A stretch of DNA of 64,000 nt, from positions 42,733 to 106,732 of the forward strand of contig CAZXJN010000001.1 of NCBI GenBank assembly GCA_964641015.1, read 5' to 3'. Below, piece after piece: positions 1 through 10,483 of the stretch. This DNA is from an uncultured Candidatus Saccharibacteria bacterium. GTDB lineage: Bacteria > Patescibacteriota > Saccharimonadia > Saccharimonadales > JACDBH01. The first letter of the stretch is position 1. Each line of letters starts with the position of its first letter. The notes beneath the pieces were generated by a model that saw only the letters and a list, made by a program, of their open reading frames with translations, was not told where the DNA came from and did no database searches. Position numbers and translations under genes: made by a program.

Positions 1-1644
1 CTTGATGCCTTCTTCAACAGGCTTAATGTACTCGCCCGGGATAACACCTCCCTTAATCGAGTTGATAAACTCAAAACCTTTGCCCTGTTCGTTTGGCGAG
101 ATACGGACCCACGCATCACCGTACTGACCGCGTCCACCGGATTGACGGATAAACTTGCCTTGTGCTTCAACGCCGGCTTTCTTGATAGTTTCACGGTAAG
201 CAACTTGCGGAGCGCCGATATTGGCTTCGACGTTGAATTCGCGCTTCATGCGGTCTACCAGAATTTCCAGGTGCAGCTCACCCATACCGCTGATAACTGT
301 CTGCCCGGTTTCTGAATCCACTTTAATGCGGAAGGTCGGGTCTTCTTCAGCTAGGCGCTGCAGTGCGAGGCTCATTTTTTCCTGATCTGACTTGGTCTTT
401 GGCTCAATGGCGATCGATACCGGCGGCTCTGGGAACTCTATGCTCTCTAGAACAATCGGGTTGTTTGGATCACACAAAGTATTACCAGTGGTTGTGGCCT
501 TCAGACCGACAATTGCGGCAATATCCCCTGCGCCCACTTCGTTTACTTCTGTACGTTTATCAGCATGCAGACGAACAATACGACCAATGCGCTCCTTCTC
601 ACCGGTAGAGCTGTTGAGCACATATGAACCTGCGGTAACCTTGCCGGAATACACGCGGAAGTATGCGAGCTTGCCTACAAATGGGTCGGTAGTAATCTTG
701 AATGCCAAAGCAGCGAATGGTCCTGATTCGGAATTCTCACGCTCGATGTCATCGCCGGTCTTTGGGTGCTTGCCCCAAGCAGATGGAGTATCAAGCGGGC
801 TTGGCAGGTAATCATTTACCATGTCCAGCAGTTTTTCTACGATAACGCCACGGCCATCACCACCAGTAACTGCAAAGAACTTGCCGGTAAGCACGGCGGT
901 ACGAATTGCCTGCTTGATTTCTGCTACGCTTAGGCCGTCCTCGCCAACTTCAAAGTATTTTTCCAGCATGGCTTCGTCTTCTGCGACCGCATTTTCGATT
1001 AATAGGCTGCGGTATTTTTTAACCTGGTCCATCATATCGGCAGGAATCTCACCTTCGACTAATTCGTGGTCGTGGTAGTCGGTATAGGTGTAGGCCTTCA
1101 TCTCAACCAAGTCGACAACACCGTTGATGCTTTGCTCAAAACCGATTGGCAGCATGACTGGGAAGGCACGCTTGCTCAGACGGTTGTGGATTGATTCCAA
1201 AGATTTGTAGAAATCGCCACCAGTTTGGTTGATCTTGTTGATAAAGCAGATACGAGGAACGTGGTATTTGTCAGCCTGGCGCCATACGGTTTCAGACTGA
1301 GATTCTACACCCATCTTACCGTCGAACACCACGCAGGCGCCGTCAAGAACGCGCAGAGAACGCTCTACTTCAACGGTAAAGTCGATGTGGCCTGGGGTGT
1401 CAATAATGTTGATTTGATTGCCCTTCCAGAAACAGGTAACACTAGCGGCAACAATGGTAATACCACGCTCGCGCTCCTGAGCCATCCAGTCGGTTGTAGA
1501 CTCACCCTCATGGGTTGTACCGATTTTGTGATTGATACCAGTCCGGTACAGGATGCCTTCGGTGGTGGTTGTCTTACCCGCATCGATGTGGGCGATAATC
1601 CCTAGGTTGCGGATATTCTTCATTTCTGGTCTTTTCTCTGCCAT
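1..1644 (-). CDS. fusA: Elongation factor G (5' portion; gene runs off the window start)
   Basis: Reverse-strand translation from ATG at 1644-1642 gives MAEKRPEMKNIRNLGIIAHIDAGKTTTTEGILYRTG...DTPGHIDFT, an EF-G G-domain signature. The frame stays open to position 1. It is absent from the ORF track only because it is truncated by the window edge. Confidence 0.9.
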   Translation of the reverse strand, partial: MAEKRPEMKNIRNLGIIAHIDAGKTTTTEGILYRTGINHKIGTTHEGESTTDWMAQERERGITIVAASVTCFWKGNQINIIDTPGHIDFTVEVERSLRVLDGACVVFDGKMGVESQSETVWRQADKYHVPRICFINKINQTGGDFYKSLESIHNRLSKRAFPVMLPIGFEQSINGVVDLVEMKAYTYTDYHDHELVEGEIPADMMDQVKKYRSLLIENAVAEDEAMLEKYFEVGEDGLSVAEIKQAIRTAVLTGKFFAVTGGDGRGVIVEKLLDMVNDYLPSPLDTPSAWGKHPKTGDDIERENSESGPFAALAFKITTDPFVGKLAYFRVYSGKVTAGSYVLNSSTGEKERIGRIVRLHADKRTEVNEVGAGDIAAIVGLKATTTGNTLCDPNNPIVLESIEFPEPPVSIAIEPKTKSDQEKMSLALQRLAEEDPTFRIKVDSETGQTVISGMGELHLEILVDRMKREFNVEANIGAPQVAYRETIKKAGVEAQGKFIRQSGGRGQYGDAWVRISPNEQGKGFEFINSIKGGVIPGEYIKPVEEGIK

Positions 1645-1826
1645 GATGTAGTTGATTTCCTCTTATTTCAATTAGTAATGTAGCTCATGTATTGCCGTGG
1701 ACTGCGCTGATGCTGAGGGACAGTGTAGTGTCGTGTTTTTGGTGAAGCCCGCAAATGAATCGTAGCTTTTTTCTACTGTCCATGCGGGCTGGAGCCAAAA
1801 GCGCGACAATGCGCGCCGAGGCAATA

Positions 1827-2303
1827 TTAACGGGCGAAGTGGGCGAAGGCTCGGTTAGATTCAGCCATCTTATGTACGTCTTCGCGCTTTTTAACACTTG
1901 TTCCCGTGTTGTTGTAAGCATCGACGATCTCAAGCGCTAAGCGGTCCACCATGCTCATGCCGCTCTTGGCACGGGCTGCCTGGACAAACCACATAGTAGT
2001 CAGATGATTCTGACGCTGGCCTTTGACTTCAAACGGAATCTGATAGTTTGCACCGCCGACGCGACGAGAGCGTGTCTCTAAGTGTGGACGAATGTTTGCC
2101 ATTGCCTTTTCAAAGACTTCTAGCGGGTTGTCGCTGTTGACCTTCTTGGCGGCTTTGAGCATTGCTTCGTAGACAAGCCGCTCGGCAACTTGCTTTTTAC
2201 CATCGCGCATGACGCGATTGATAACACGAGTAACCTGCTGGCTGCCGTAAACACGATCAGGCGCAGCTTCTCGTACGAGTGATTTGGTGACTTTACGAGG
2301 CAT
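1827..2303 (-). CDS. rpsG: 30S ribosomal protein S7
   Basis: 158 aa. MPRKVTKSLVREAAPDRVYGS...ANYQIPFEVKGQRQNHL is typical S7. Sits in the rpsL-rpsG-fusA order. Confidence 0.95.
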   Translation of the reverse strand: MPRKVTKSLVREAAPDRVYGSQQVTRVINRVMRDGKKQVAERLVYEAMLKAAKKVNSDNPLEVFEKAMANIRPHLETRSRRVGGANYQIPFEVKGQRQNHLTTMWFVQAARAKSGMSMVDRLALEIVDAYNNTGTSVKKREDVHKMAESNRAFAHFAR

Positions 2304-2305
2304 GA

Positions 2306-2719
2306 TTATTTACCTTCTTTCTTGGTGCCGTACTTGGATCGGCCGCGCTTGCGGTCATTTACACCCTGAAGGTCGAGTGCGCCACGCACCACATGGTAGC
2401 GAACACCAGGAAGGTCGGGCACACGACCGCCGCGAATCATGACAACGGCGTGCTCCTGTAGATTATGACCTTCCCCGCCAATATAGGCCCACACTTCATG
2501 ACCGTTGTTCAAGCGGACACGCGCCACTTTGCGAAGCGCTGAGTTTGGCTTCTTTGGGGTTTTGGTGGTCACTTTAATACAGACACCGCGTTTAAACGGT
2601 GATGGTTTTTCGTAGTTTTTGTTCTTTAGGTTGTTCGTCACGCGGTGCAGCGCTGGGCTCTTGCTTTTTGAGCGAGAGATCTTGCGCGGCTTGCGGACGA
2701 GTTGGTTAATTGTAGGCAA
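2306..2719 (-). CDS. rpsL: 30S ribosomal protein S12 (with ~13-aa lineage-specific insertion)
   Basis: 137 aa. [13 protein letters not shown]...[16 protein letters not shown]...[47 protein letters not shown] upstream. Confidence 0.95.
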   Translation of the reverse strand: MPTINQLVRKPRKISRSKSKSPALHRVTNNLKNKNYEKPSPFKRGVCIKVTTKTPKKPNSALRKVARVRLNNGHEVWAYIGGEGHNLQEHAVVMIRGGRVPDLPGVRYHVVRGALDLQGVNDRKRGRSKYGTKKEGK

Positions 2720-2843
2720 TGTATCCTCCTTAATGGATTTTGTCGGTGGTTAGCTTGAGCAAATCTGCTCGCTTTCCCACAGATTGCTGAATTAATGTAA
2801 AACTCGTTTATGCCAGTTTGTTATTTTAACAGATTGTGAAACC

Positions 2844-5800
2844 TTAGGCAACTTCTGCTTCGTCGAGCAGCGCTTCAGCTTCAGCCGCCATCAGCTCGCG
2901 TGAGCCAGTACCCACTGGGATACGACGCCCTAAGATTACGTTTTCCTTGAGGCCGTACAGGTAGTCAATCTTGCCGCTTGTTGCCGCTGCAATAAGTACG
3001 CGGGTTGTATCCTGGAAGCTTGCGGCAGACAGGAATGAGTCTGTGCTGAGTGAAGCCTTTGTAATACCGAGCAGCAACTGATTGTACTTGATGAGCTCTT
3101 TGCCAGCCTTGGCAAGCTCCTCATTCTTCTCAATCACGGCCTGCTTGCTCACCACATCGCCGGTTACGAACTCGCTATCGCCAGCTTCCTCAATTTGAAC
3201 GCGGCCAAACATCTGGCGCACAATGATTTCTAGGTGCTTGTCTGCAATATTCTGACCCTGTGACGCAAAGATTTTTAGAATCTCGTTCATGATGTAGCGC
3301 TGTGTCGCTTCCACACCCTGCAGGCTCATAAGGTCATGCAGGTTGATGGAACCGTTGGTGAGGCGTTGGCCTGCAATCACATGCTCACCATCCTTTATCG
3401 TAAGCTGTTTGAAGTTTGGAATCTCATAGCGCACTACTGCTTGTTTAGCCGGGCTGATTGTCGCAGTCTTATTAGTAAAGTCGACTTTGCCTGCAACTGG
3501 TGCAATAAGTGGATTTGAAGCCTCTTCGCCTTCAGCAATTACATCACCAATGGCGATGTCTGAGCCGGTAGCGACTGTTGGCCTGCGGCCGTCGAGGTTG
3601 AGCTTGACTGCATCTGCTTGGTCAGAGGTAATCTGTACAATATACTTCTCTCCCTCTTCCCACACACTAGCGAGACCTGGTACATCGCTGAGATAAGCCT
3701 GGCCCTTTGGAGTGCGCACTTCAAAGATTTCTTCGACGCGTGGCAGACCCTGGGTAATATCATCAGCTGCGGCAGAGCCACCACTGTGGAAAGTACGAAG
3801 TGTCAGCTGGGTACCTGGCTCACCGATACTCTGCGCCGCGATAACACCAATCGGATGTGCATCTGCAACCAGTTCACCGGTGGCTGGATCAACACCATAG
3901 CATTTAACAGGGATGCCTCGAGCAGTTGCCACTGAGAGCACGCTCTTGATTTTAACCCCATCAATTGATTCGTCAGCTTCGATAGCCTCAGACGCTTCCT
4001 TATCAATCAACTCACCCTTTTTCACGATTTTACCGATATTTTCAGCGGCATAACGGCCAACCAAACGTGAAGCCAGTGATACGCCGATTTCATCGGCATC
4101 AGCGCGGTAAATAGCGAAGCCTGGATCCTCAACATCCTCTTCGATAGTGAAGACGTCTTGAGCAACATCCACGAGACGACGGGTGAGGTATCCTGAGTCA
4201 GCCGTCTTGAGCGCGGTGTCAATCATACCTTTGCGGGCGCCACGAGTCGCAGTAAAGTACTCGAGCGCAGTGAGCCCCTGCTTGTAGCCGGACTTGATTG
4301 GCAGCTCAATTGCTTTACCGGTCGCATCAGTAGTCACACCAAGCATGCCGACTGATTTCATCACCTGGCCTACGTTACCACGGGCACCAGAAGTAGCAGC
4401 AATTGACATAGAGCTGTCTTCTTCAACGAACTGGGCGGTTAGCTTGTCCATTACTTCGCTTTCTGCCTCGAACCAAGTATCGATAGTCAGGCGATAGCGC
4501 TCTTCGTCAGTAATGAAACCTTGGTCGTACTGGTCGCTGATCTCAGCAACTCGTTCGCCTGCTGCATCCATAACTTCTTGCATGCCGCTGATTTCTGAGA
4601 AATCATCCATACCCATCGATAGGCCCGACATCGTAGCGTATTCAAAGCCAAGATCTTTGAGTGCATCAGCAATCTGCGCTGTTTTATCTTGTCCATACAT
4701 CTGATAGACCAGCGCCATCACGCTCGATAGCTTCTTCTTGGTCATAGCTTCTTCCTGGAATGGGAAGTCGCTTGGGAAAATCTCATTAAAGAGCACGCGG
4801 CCCAATGTAGTCGTACGTGTTTCACCGCGGAAGTCCAGTCGTATGTAATCCTGAAGCTTGATGTTGCCGCCATCGAATGCCATCAGCGCTTCTGCAACAT
4901 CTGCAAAGGCGCGGGGCTCTTTGTTTGAGCTAGGGCGGTCATATGTCAGATAGTAACAGCCAAGCACGATATCTTGCTCGATATGCAGGATAGGTGAACC
5001 GTCTGCTGGCTTGAGCAGGTTTTTGTTGGCAGCCATAATCTCACGCGCCTCTGCTTGCGCAGCGTCAGAAAGCGGCAAGTGCACTGCCATCTGGTCACCG
5101 TCAAAGTCAGCATTAAAACCCTTACACACCAGTGGGTGCAACTGAATTGCTTTTCCTTCGACAAGCACTGGCTGGAAGGCCTGAATCGACAAACGGTGCA
5201 GACTTGGCGCACGGTTGAGCAGGACATATTTGCCCTTAATCACTTCATCAAGCGCGTCCCAAACCTCGGTTTCACCAGTTTCAATCATGCGCGTAGCAGA
5301 ACGGATATTATGCGCCAGGTCTTCTGCAATCAGCCGGCCAATGACAAATGGCTTGAAAAGTTCAAGCGCCATCATTTTTGGCAGGCCACACTGATCGATG
5401 GTAAGTTCTGGACCGGCAACAATTACTGAGCGGCCGGAGTAGTCAACGCGCTTACCAAGCAAGTTCTGGCGGAAACGGCCCTGCTTGCCTTTGAGCAAAT
5501 CGCTCAGGCTCTTTAGTCGCCGGCGCTGACCGGTGGCCGCAACTGCGCGACCGCTGCGAGCGTTATTGTTGTCAATAAGCGCATCGACCGCTTCTTGCAG
5601 CATGCGCTGCTCGTTGCGGCGAATAACTTCTGGCGCATTTAGATCGATCAGCTTTTTCAGACGATTATTACGGTTGATAACGCGACGATACAAATCGTTC
5701 ATATCACTGGTCGCAAATCGACCGCCTGTCAGCTGCACCATAGGACGAAGATCTGGTGGAATTACCGGCAGCACTGACAGGCACATGCTCGATGGCTTAA

Positions 5801-6662
5801 TGCCAGCATTCTGCATATTCTCTAGTAGGCGCAGGCGCTTTTGCAGCTTCTTGCGTCGCTGGCCTTTTGCCTGTTCACTTTCTACGGTAAGTTCTTGAAT
5901 CAGCTCAGTGAGATCGATTTCAGAAAGCAGTTCTTGCAGTGCAGCACCGCCCATGCCAACTGTTACAAGCTCTTGCAGCTCGCTTGGCAGCTCGCGGTAC
6001 TCAGCTTCAGACAGCAAGCCAAGCTTGACCAGGCTCGTAAGCTGCTCCTTGAGCAGTTCAAATTCCCGTGTTACTTCCTCGAGCTCTTTGGTCTGCATTT
6101 CAGCCAGCGCCTTCACATTGGCGTCTTCTTTTGCAGCTTCGGCCTCATAACGAGCCTTGATAGCTTCTTGGGCGGCTGCAAATTCAGCCTCCTTATTAGC
6201 AAGCATTGCATCACGCTTTTCAGTATCAACAGACTTGATGATGTAGCTGGCAAAATAGGTCACGCGTTCAAGATTCTTAACGGTCATGCCGAGCAGTAAA
6301 CCAACTGCTGATGGCGTACCGCGCAGGAACCAGATATGCGCAACCGGTGCAGCCAGTTGGATGTGGCCCATTCGCTCGCGTCGTACAATGCTGCGCGTAA
6401 CAAGCTCGCCGTTCTTGTCTACGGCCGCTTCGCGTGAACGAAGTCCCTTGTACTTAGCATCGTGCGGGTTGATATCCTTTACTGGACCAAAAATCCGCTC
6501 GCAGAATAGTCCGTCCCGCTCTGGCTTCTGGGTACGGTAGTTAATGGTTTCGGGCTTTGTGACTTCGCCGTAGCTCCAATCCAGTATGTCGTCTGCGCTT
6601 GCAATGGCAAGGCGAACTGCATCAAAGTCGGCAATATCAGCGCCGTAGTTGAATTTCCGCAT
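2844..6662 (-). CDS. rpoC: DNA-directed RNA polymerase subunit beta'
   Basis: 1272 aa. Contains the NADFDGDQMAVH catalytic motif and conserved blocks throughout. Immediately downstream of rpoB. Confidence 0.97.
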   Translation of the reverse strand: MRKFNYGADIADFDAVRLAIASADDILDWSYGEVTKPETINYRTQKPERDGLFCERIFGPVKDINPHDAKYKGLRSREAAVDKNGELVTRSIVRRERMGHIQLAAPVAHIWFLRGTPSAVGLLLGMTVKNLERVTYFASYIIKSVDTEKRDAMLANKEAEFAAAQEAIKARYEAEAAKEDANVKALAEMQTKELEEVTREFELLKEQLTSLVKLGLLSEAEYRELPSELQELVTVGMGGAALQELLSEIDLTELIQELTVESEQAKGQRRKKLQKRLRLLENMQNAGIKPSSMCLSVLPVIPPDLRPMVQLTGGRFATSDMNDLYRRVINRNNRLKKLIDLNAPEVIRRNEQRMLQEAVDALIDNNNARSGRAVAATGQRRRLKSLSDLLKGKQGRFRQNLLGKRVDYSGRSVIVAGPELTIDQCGLPKMMALELFKPFVIGRLIAEDLAHNIRSATRMIETGETEVWDALDEVIKGKYVLLNRAPSLHRLSIQAFQPVLVEGKAIQLHPLVCKGFNADFDGDQMAVHLPLSDAAQAEAREIMAANKNLLKPADGSPILHIEQDIVLGCYYLTYDRPSSNKEPRAFADVAEALMAFDGGNIKLQDYIRLDFRGETRTTTLGRVLFNEIFPSDFPFQEEAMTKKKLSSVMALVYQMYGQDKTAQIADALKDLGFEYATMSGLSMGMDDFSEISGMQEVMDAAGERVAEISDQYDQGFITDEERYRLTIDTWFEAESEVMDKLTAQFVEEDSSMSIAATSGARGNVGQVMKSVGMLGVTTDATGKAIELPIKSGYKQGLTALEYFTATRGARKGMIDTALKTADSGYLTRRLVDVAQDVFTIEEDVEDPGFAIYRADADEIGVSLASRLVGRYAAENIGKIVKKGELIDKEASEAIEADESIDGVKIKSVLSVATARGIPVKCYGVDPATGELVADAHPIGVIAAQSIGEPGTQLTLRTFHSGGSAAADDITQGLPRVEEIFEVRTPKGQAYLSDVPGLASVWEEGEKYIVQITSDQADAVKLNLDGRRPTVATGSDIAIGDVIAEGEEASNPLIAPVAGKVDFTNKTATISPAKQAVVRYEIPNFKQLTIKDGEHVIAGQRLTNGSINLHDLMSLQGVEATQRYIMNEILKIFASQGQNIADKHLEIIVRQMFGRVQIEEAGDSEFVTGDVVSKQAVIEKNEELAKAGKELIKYNQLLLGITKASLSTDSFLSAASFQDTTRVLIAAATSGKIDYLYGLKENVILGRRIPVGTGSRELMAAEAEALLDEAEVA

Positions 6663-6663
6663 C

Positions 6664-9600
6664 TTATTGCTCCTCCCCTTCGCTCGGGTCTGTTTCTGGT
6701 GTGTCGTCCTCGCCAGCTACGCTAACGGTCATGAATTCACTTTCGATGGCTTCTTCACTGACATCCAGATTTGATAGTTCATCATCCGGCACTTCAATAT
6801 CAGATACATGCTCTGCTTCGTCCTTGATATTGCTTGCCAGAATTTCTTCAGCATCAATGGTCTTGTTTTCTTTGAGATCAAGCAGGTCGACCTTCAATCC
6901 AAGCCCCTGGAGCTCTTTAACAAGCACGTTAAAGCTTTCTGGAATCTTCGGCCCGACAATTTCAGTACCCTTGATGATTGATTCGTACGCCTTGGAGCGT
7001 CCGTAAACATCATCAGACTTGATGGTCAGCATCTCCTGCAAGGTGTGTGACGCGCCGTATGCTTCGAGCGCCCAGACTTCCATTTCACCGAATCGCTGAC
7101 CGCCATTCTGCGCCTTACCGCCGAGCGGCTGCTGGGTTACCATGGTGTACGGTCCGGTTGATCGGGCATGAATCTTGTCAGTCACCATATGATTGAGTTT
7201 GATCATATACATGTAGCCTACGGTGGTAGTTTCCTTGAATGCCTCACCGGTACGGCCGTCGTACAACTGCTGCTTGCCGTTTCGCGGCAATCCTGCTTCT
7301 TCCAGCAGGTCCTGTATTTTGTCAATCGACACCCCGTCAAACGACGGGCTGGCAACTTTCATGCCAAGCGCATGGGCTGCCATGCCTAGGTGTGTTTCAA
7401 ACAGCTGGCCAATATTCATACGAGAAGGTACGCCCAGCGGGTTGAGTACGATATCTACGGGAGTCCCGTCCTCGGTAAATGGCATGTCCTCGACCGGCAG
7501 AATGCGAGCAATCACGCCCTTGTTACCGTGACGACCACCCAGCTTGTCACCTACTTGAATCTTGCGCATCTGCGCAACAAACACCTGAATCTGCTTGATG
7601 ACGCCCGCCTTGAGCTCGTGCCCGTTTTCGCGGGAGAATACTTTGACGCCCACGATTTTACCGTGTTTGCCGTTGCTCATCCGCTGTGAAGTGTCACGAA
7701 CTTCTTTGGCCTTTTCGCCAAAAATTGCACGAAGCAGACGCTCTTCGCTTGACAGCTCCTGCTCGCCCTTAGGAGTAATCTTACCAACCAGAATGTCACC
7801 AGGGTGCACTTCAGCACCAATCCGGACAATCCCTTCGTCATCGAGGTGCCGCAGTGCATCTTCTGAGACATTTGGAATGTCACGAGTAACAATCTCTGGA
7901 CCCAGCTTAGTCTCACGAACCTCAGTCATATAGTCGATGATGTTGATGCTAGTGAGCGTATCGTCCTGTACAAGCCGACGCGAGATAATGATGGCATCTT
8001 CAAAGTTGTAGCCGCCCCATGGCATAAATGCTGTCAGCAAGTCTTTGCCGAGCGCCAATTCGCCATCCTGTACAGACATACCCTCGATCAGGACATCGCC
8101 TTTCTTGACCTTGTCGCCTGAGGAGACAACGACCTTTTGGTTGATGCTGGTACCTTCGTTAGAGCGTACAAAATGCTGAGGAGTGTACGTAACCACCCCT
8201 TCTTTGTACTTCACCTTGACCTCTGCACCCGAACTAGCAACAACCTCGCCATCGGCCTCAGCTACCACCAACTGGCCTGTATTTCGGGCAGCAGTGCTTT
8301 CCATGCCCGTTCCTACGATAGGGCTCTGTGGCGTAATCAGCGGCACAGCCTGGCGCTGCTGGTTGCTGCCCATGAGCGACCTATAGACAAAGTTCTTTTC
8401 AATAAAGGGAATGAGCCCGGCGCTGGTCCCAATAACCTGACGGCGTTCTGCATCGATATAGGCAACCTCATTAGCATCAACCTCTGAGGAGTGCAGGAAG
8501 CGGCGTGCTGACACACGCTCTTCTTTAAAGTACCCATCCTCGTCAATGGCATTGTCAGAGCTTGCGATAATCGTTCGGCCTTCTTCGTAAGCATCGAGGT
8601 AGACGATCTCATCAGTCACCCGTGCTTTGACCGGCCATGTTATTTGATCTTTGACCGCGGCAAGCTTCTTCGCGTCAGCGGCGGTGACCTTAGCACCAGC
8701 TTTGACAATCACTTTACCGTCTTTGTCTTCGAGGTTTACTGCTGCAATATGGCCGACAATATCCTTAGCAGTTGCGGCATTCACTACTTTTCGATACGGA
8801 GCCTCAATGAATCCATAATCATTAATACGGGCATAGCTTGCAAGATTGAGCACGAGACCAATGTTGGCGCCCTCGGGCGTCTCAACCGGACAAATACGGC
8901 TGTAGTGCGTAGCATGCGCATCACGCACCTCAAAGCCTGCACGCTCACGGCTCAGGCCGCCCGGACCCATCGAACTGAGACGGCGCTTGTGCGCAAGCTC
9001 GCTCAAGGGGTTGATCTGGTCCATGAATTGGCTCAGCTGCGAGCTTGCGAAGAACTCACGTACCGCAGCCACGACCGGGCGAGCGTTAATAAGCTGGCCA
9101 GGGGTAACGGTTTCGATTTCACTCATTGACATACGATCCTTGGCGTTGCGCTCCATGCGCAGCAGGCCAATACGGAACTGTCGCTGTACCAGCTCGCCAA
9201 CCAGCTTGACACGGCGATTCGCCAAGCTGTCAATGTCATCGGCTGGCTCCTGGGTAATATTGAGGCGAATAATCTCGGAAATGATCGCAATGAGATCCTC
9301 AAGGCGCATTACCCGGTTTTCGGCGGTGTTCGGCACATCGAGATCAAGCCGCTTGTTGATCTTGTAGCGGCCGACGCGACTGAAGTCAAAACGCTTGTAG
9401 TTGTAGAACATGTTTTCAATCAAGCTGCGGGCGTTATCAACGGTTGCCAGATCACCCGGGCGCAGACGGCGATACACTTCGATAAGTGCTTCGTTAGAGC
9501 CTCTGCTTGGATCCTTTTCAAGCGTAGCTGCGATATAGCTGGTTTTTGCCTGATCAACATGCTTGAAGGCGTCTTTTATCTGATTTTCGGTCATGCCAAG

Positions 9601-10197
9601 CGCTTTGAGAAGAGTAGTTACTGCAATTTTGCGCTTTCGGTCGATTTTTACGTACAGAGCCCCGTTGGCTGCTGTCTCGAACTCAAGCCATGCGCCACGG
9701 CCAGGAATAACCTTAGCGCCATACGTGAATGTACCGCCGTGAATGTCACGCGTAAAGAACACGCCGGCAGAACGAATGAGCTGCGACACTACCACGCGCT
9801 CCGCACCATTGATAACAAAGGTACCGCGTTCGGTCATCCAAGGATAGTCTCCGAGGTAGATTTCCTGCTCTTTGATTTCACCAGTTACTTTGTTGGTGAG
9901 TTCAACCACAGCCTTCAGCGGCGCTTCGTAGCTAATATTGTTCTCACGAGCTTCGGCTTCGGTCGTTTTTGGGTCTTCGAAGTGATATTGCTTAAAACGC
10001 AGCGATAGCTTGGTGCCGGTGTAATCATCGATGGTGCCCACTTCTGACAGTAGTTCGCCCAGACCTTCGTCTACGAACCACTGAAACGAACGGTTCTGGT
10101 GATCGACCAAGTTTGGCAGATCAAGAATATTATCGGTTTTTGTAAAGTACACGCGCTTACCCTGCGCGCGAGAGGTTTTGACGCTTGCTTTTGCCAT
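6664..10197 (-). CDS. rpoB: DNA-directed RNA polymerase subunit beta
   Basis: 1177 aa with conserved RpoB blocks (…GFEVRDAHATHYSRICPVETPEGANIGLV…). GGGAG RBS before ATG. Confidence 0.97.
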   Translation of the reverse strand: MAKASVKTSRAQGKRVYFTKTDNILDLPNLVDHQNRSFQWFVDEGLGELLSEVGTIDDYTGTKLSLRFKQYHFEDPKTTEAEARENNISYEAPLKAVVELTNKVTGEIKEQEIYLGDYPWMTERGTFVINGAERVVVSQLIRSAGVFFTRDIHGGTFTYGAKVIPGRGAWLEFETAANGALYVKIDRKRKIAVTTLLKALGMTENQIKDAFKHVDQAKTSYIAATLEKDPSRGSNEALIEVYRRLRPGDLATVDNARSLIENMFYNYKRFDFSRVGRYKINKRLDLDVPNTAENRVMRLEDLIAIISEIIRLNITQEPADDIDSLANRRVKLVGELVQRQFRIGLLRMERNAKDRMSMSEIETVTPGQLINARPVVAAVREFFASSQLSQFMDQINPLSELAHKRRLSSMGPGGLSRERAGFEVRDAHATHYSRICPVETPEGANIGLVLNLASYARINDYGFIEAPYRKVVNAATAKDIVGHIAAVNLEDKDGKVIVKAGAKVTAADAKKLAAVKDQITWPVKARVTDEIVYLDAYEEGRTIIASSDNAIDEDGYFKEERVSARRFLHSSEVDANEVAYIDAERRQVIGTSAGLIPFIEKNFVYRSLMGSNQQRQAVPLITPQSPIVGTGMESTAARNTGQLVVAEADGEVVASSGAEVKVKYKEGVVTYTPQHFVRSNEGTSINQKVVVSSGDKVKKGDVLIEGMSVQDGELALGKDLLTAFMPWGGYNFEDAIIISRRLVQDDTLTSINIIDYMTEVRETKLGPEIVTRDIPNVSEDALRHLDDEGIVRIGAEVHPGDILVGKITPKGEQELSSEERLLRAIFGEKAKEVRDTSQRMSNGKHGKIVGVKVFSRENGHELKAGVIKQIQVFVAQMRKIQVGDKLGGRHGNKGVIARILPVEDMPFTEDGTPVDIVLNPLGVPSRMNIGQLFETHLGMAAHALGMKVASPSFDGVSIDKIQDLLEEAGLPRNGKQQLYDGRTGEAFKETTTVGYMYMIKLNHMVTDKIHARSTGPYTMVTQQPLGGKAQNGGQRFGEMEVWALEAYGASHTLQEMLTIKSDDVYGRSKAYESIIKGTEIVGPKIPESFNVLVKELQGLGLKVDLLDLKENKTIDAEEILASNIKDEAEHVSDIEVPDDELSNLDVSEEAIESEFMTVSVAGEDDTPETDPSEGEEQ

Positions 10198-10483
10198 TAA
10201 AGCACTACTCCCACTTAATTTAATCCGTTGATAAACCCTTTCTAGAACAATCTAAAAAGAGAGAAAGCATGGATGTATTGATGATAAATTAACTTTTGTA
10301 TCTGTTTTTTCGTACGATTTATTTCGGCCGAAGCTACCCTAGGCGCTGACACTTTCGTGGGCCGTTAGAGACGGCGTTATTCCACAGCAGCATACCTACA
10401 CTACTTCTTATACTATAGAGTACAGAGTTATAGGATAGGAGTCAAGAGCCTTTTGCTCGTTTAGGTGCTGAAAGCTTTTTGGC

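Noticed and set aside
363-1605. Plus-strand ORFs 363-608, 392-811, 821-1078, 1225-1605 and minus ORF 1365-1583
   Set aside because: They lie antisense to, or inside, the clearly conserved EF-G reading frame, and their products are low-complexity. They are artefacts of the long ORF-free complementary frames.
3336-10008. Numerous 60-160-aa ORFs on both strands inside rpoC and rpoB
   Set aside because: Nested in and antisense to two very strongly supported 1177/1272-aa genes. Their compositions are Ser/Arg/Ala-rich, typical of out-of-frame translation.
10330-10345. TAGGGTAG (minus strand) in the rpoB upstream spacer, resembling the +1 element of the promoter modules
   Set aside because: There is no TATAAT 7 nt upstream and no -35 at the proper spacing, so it is not counted as a module copy.
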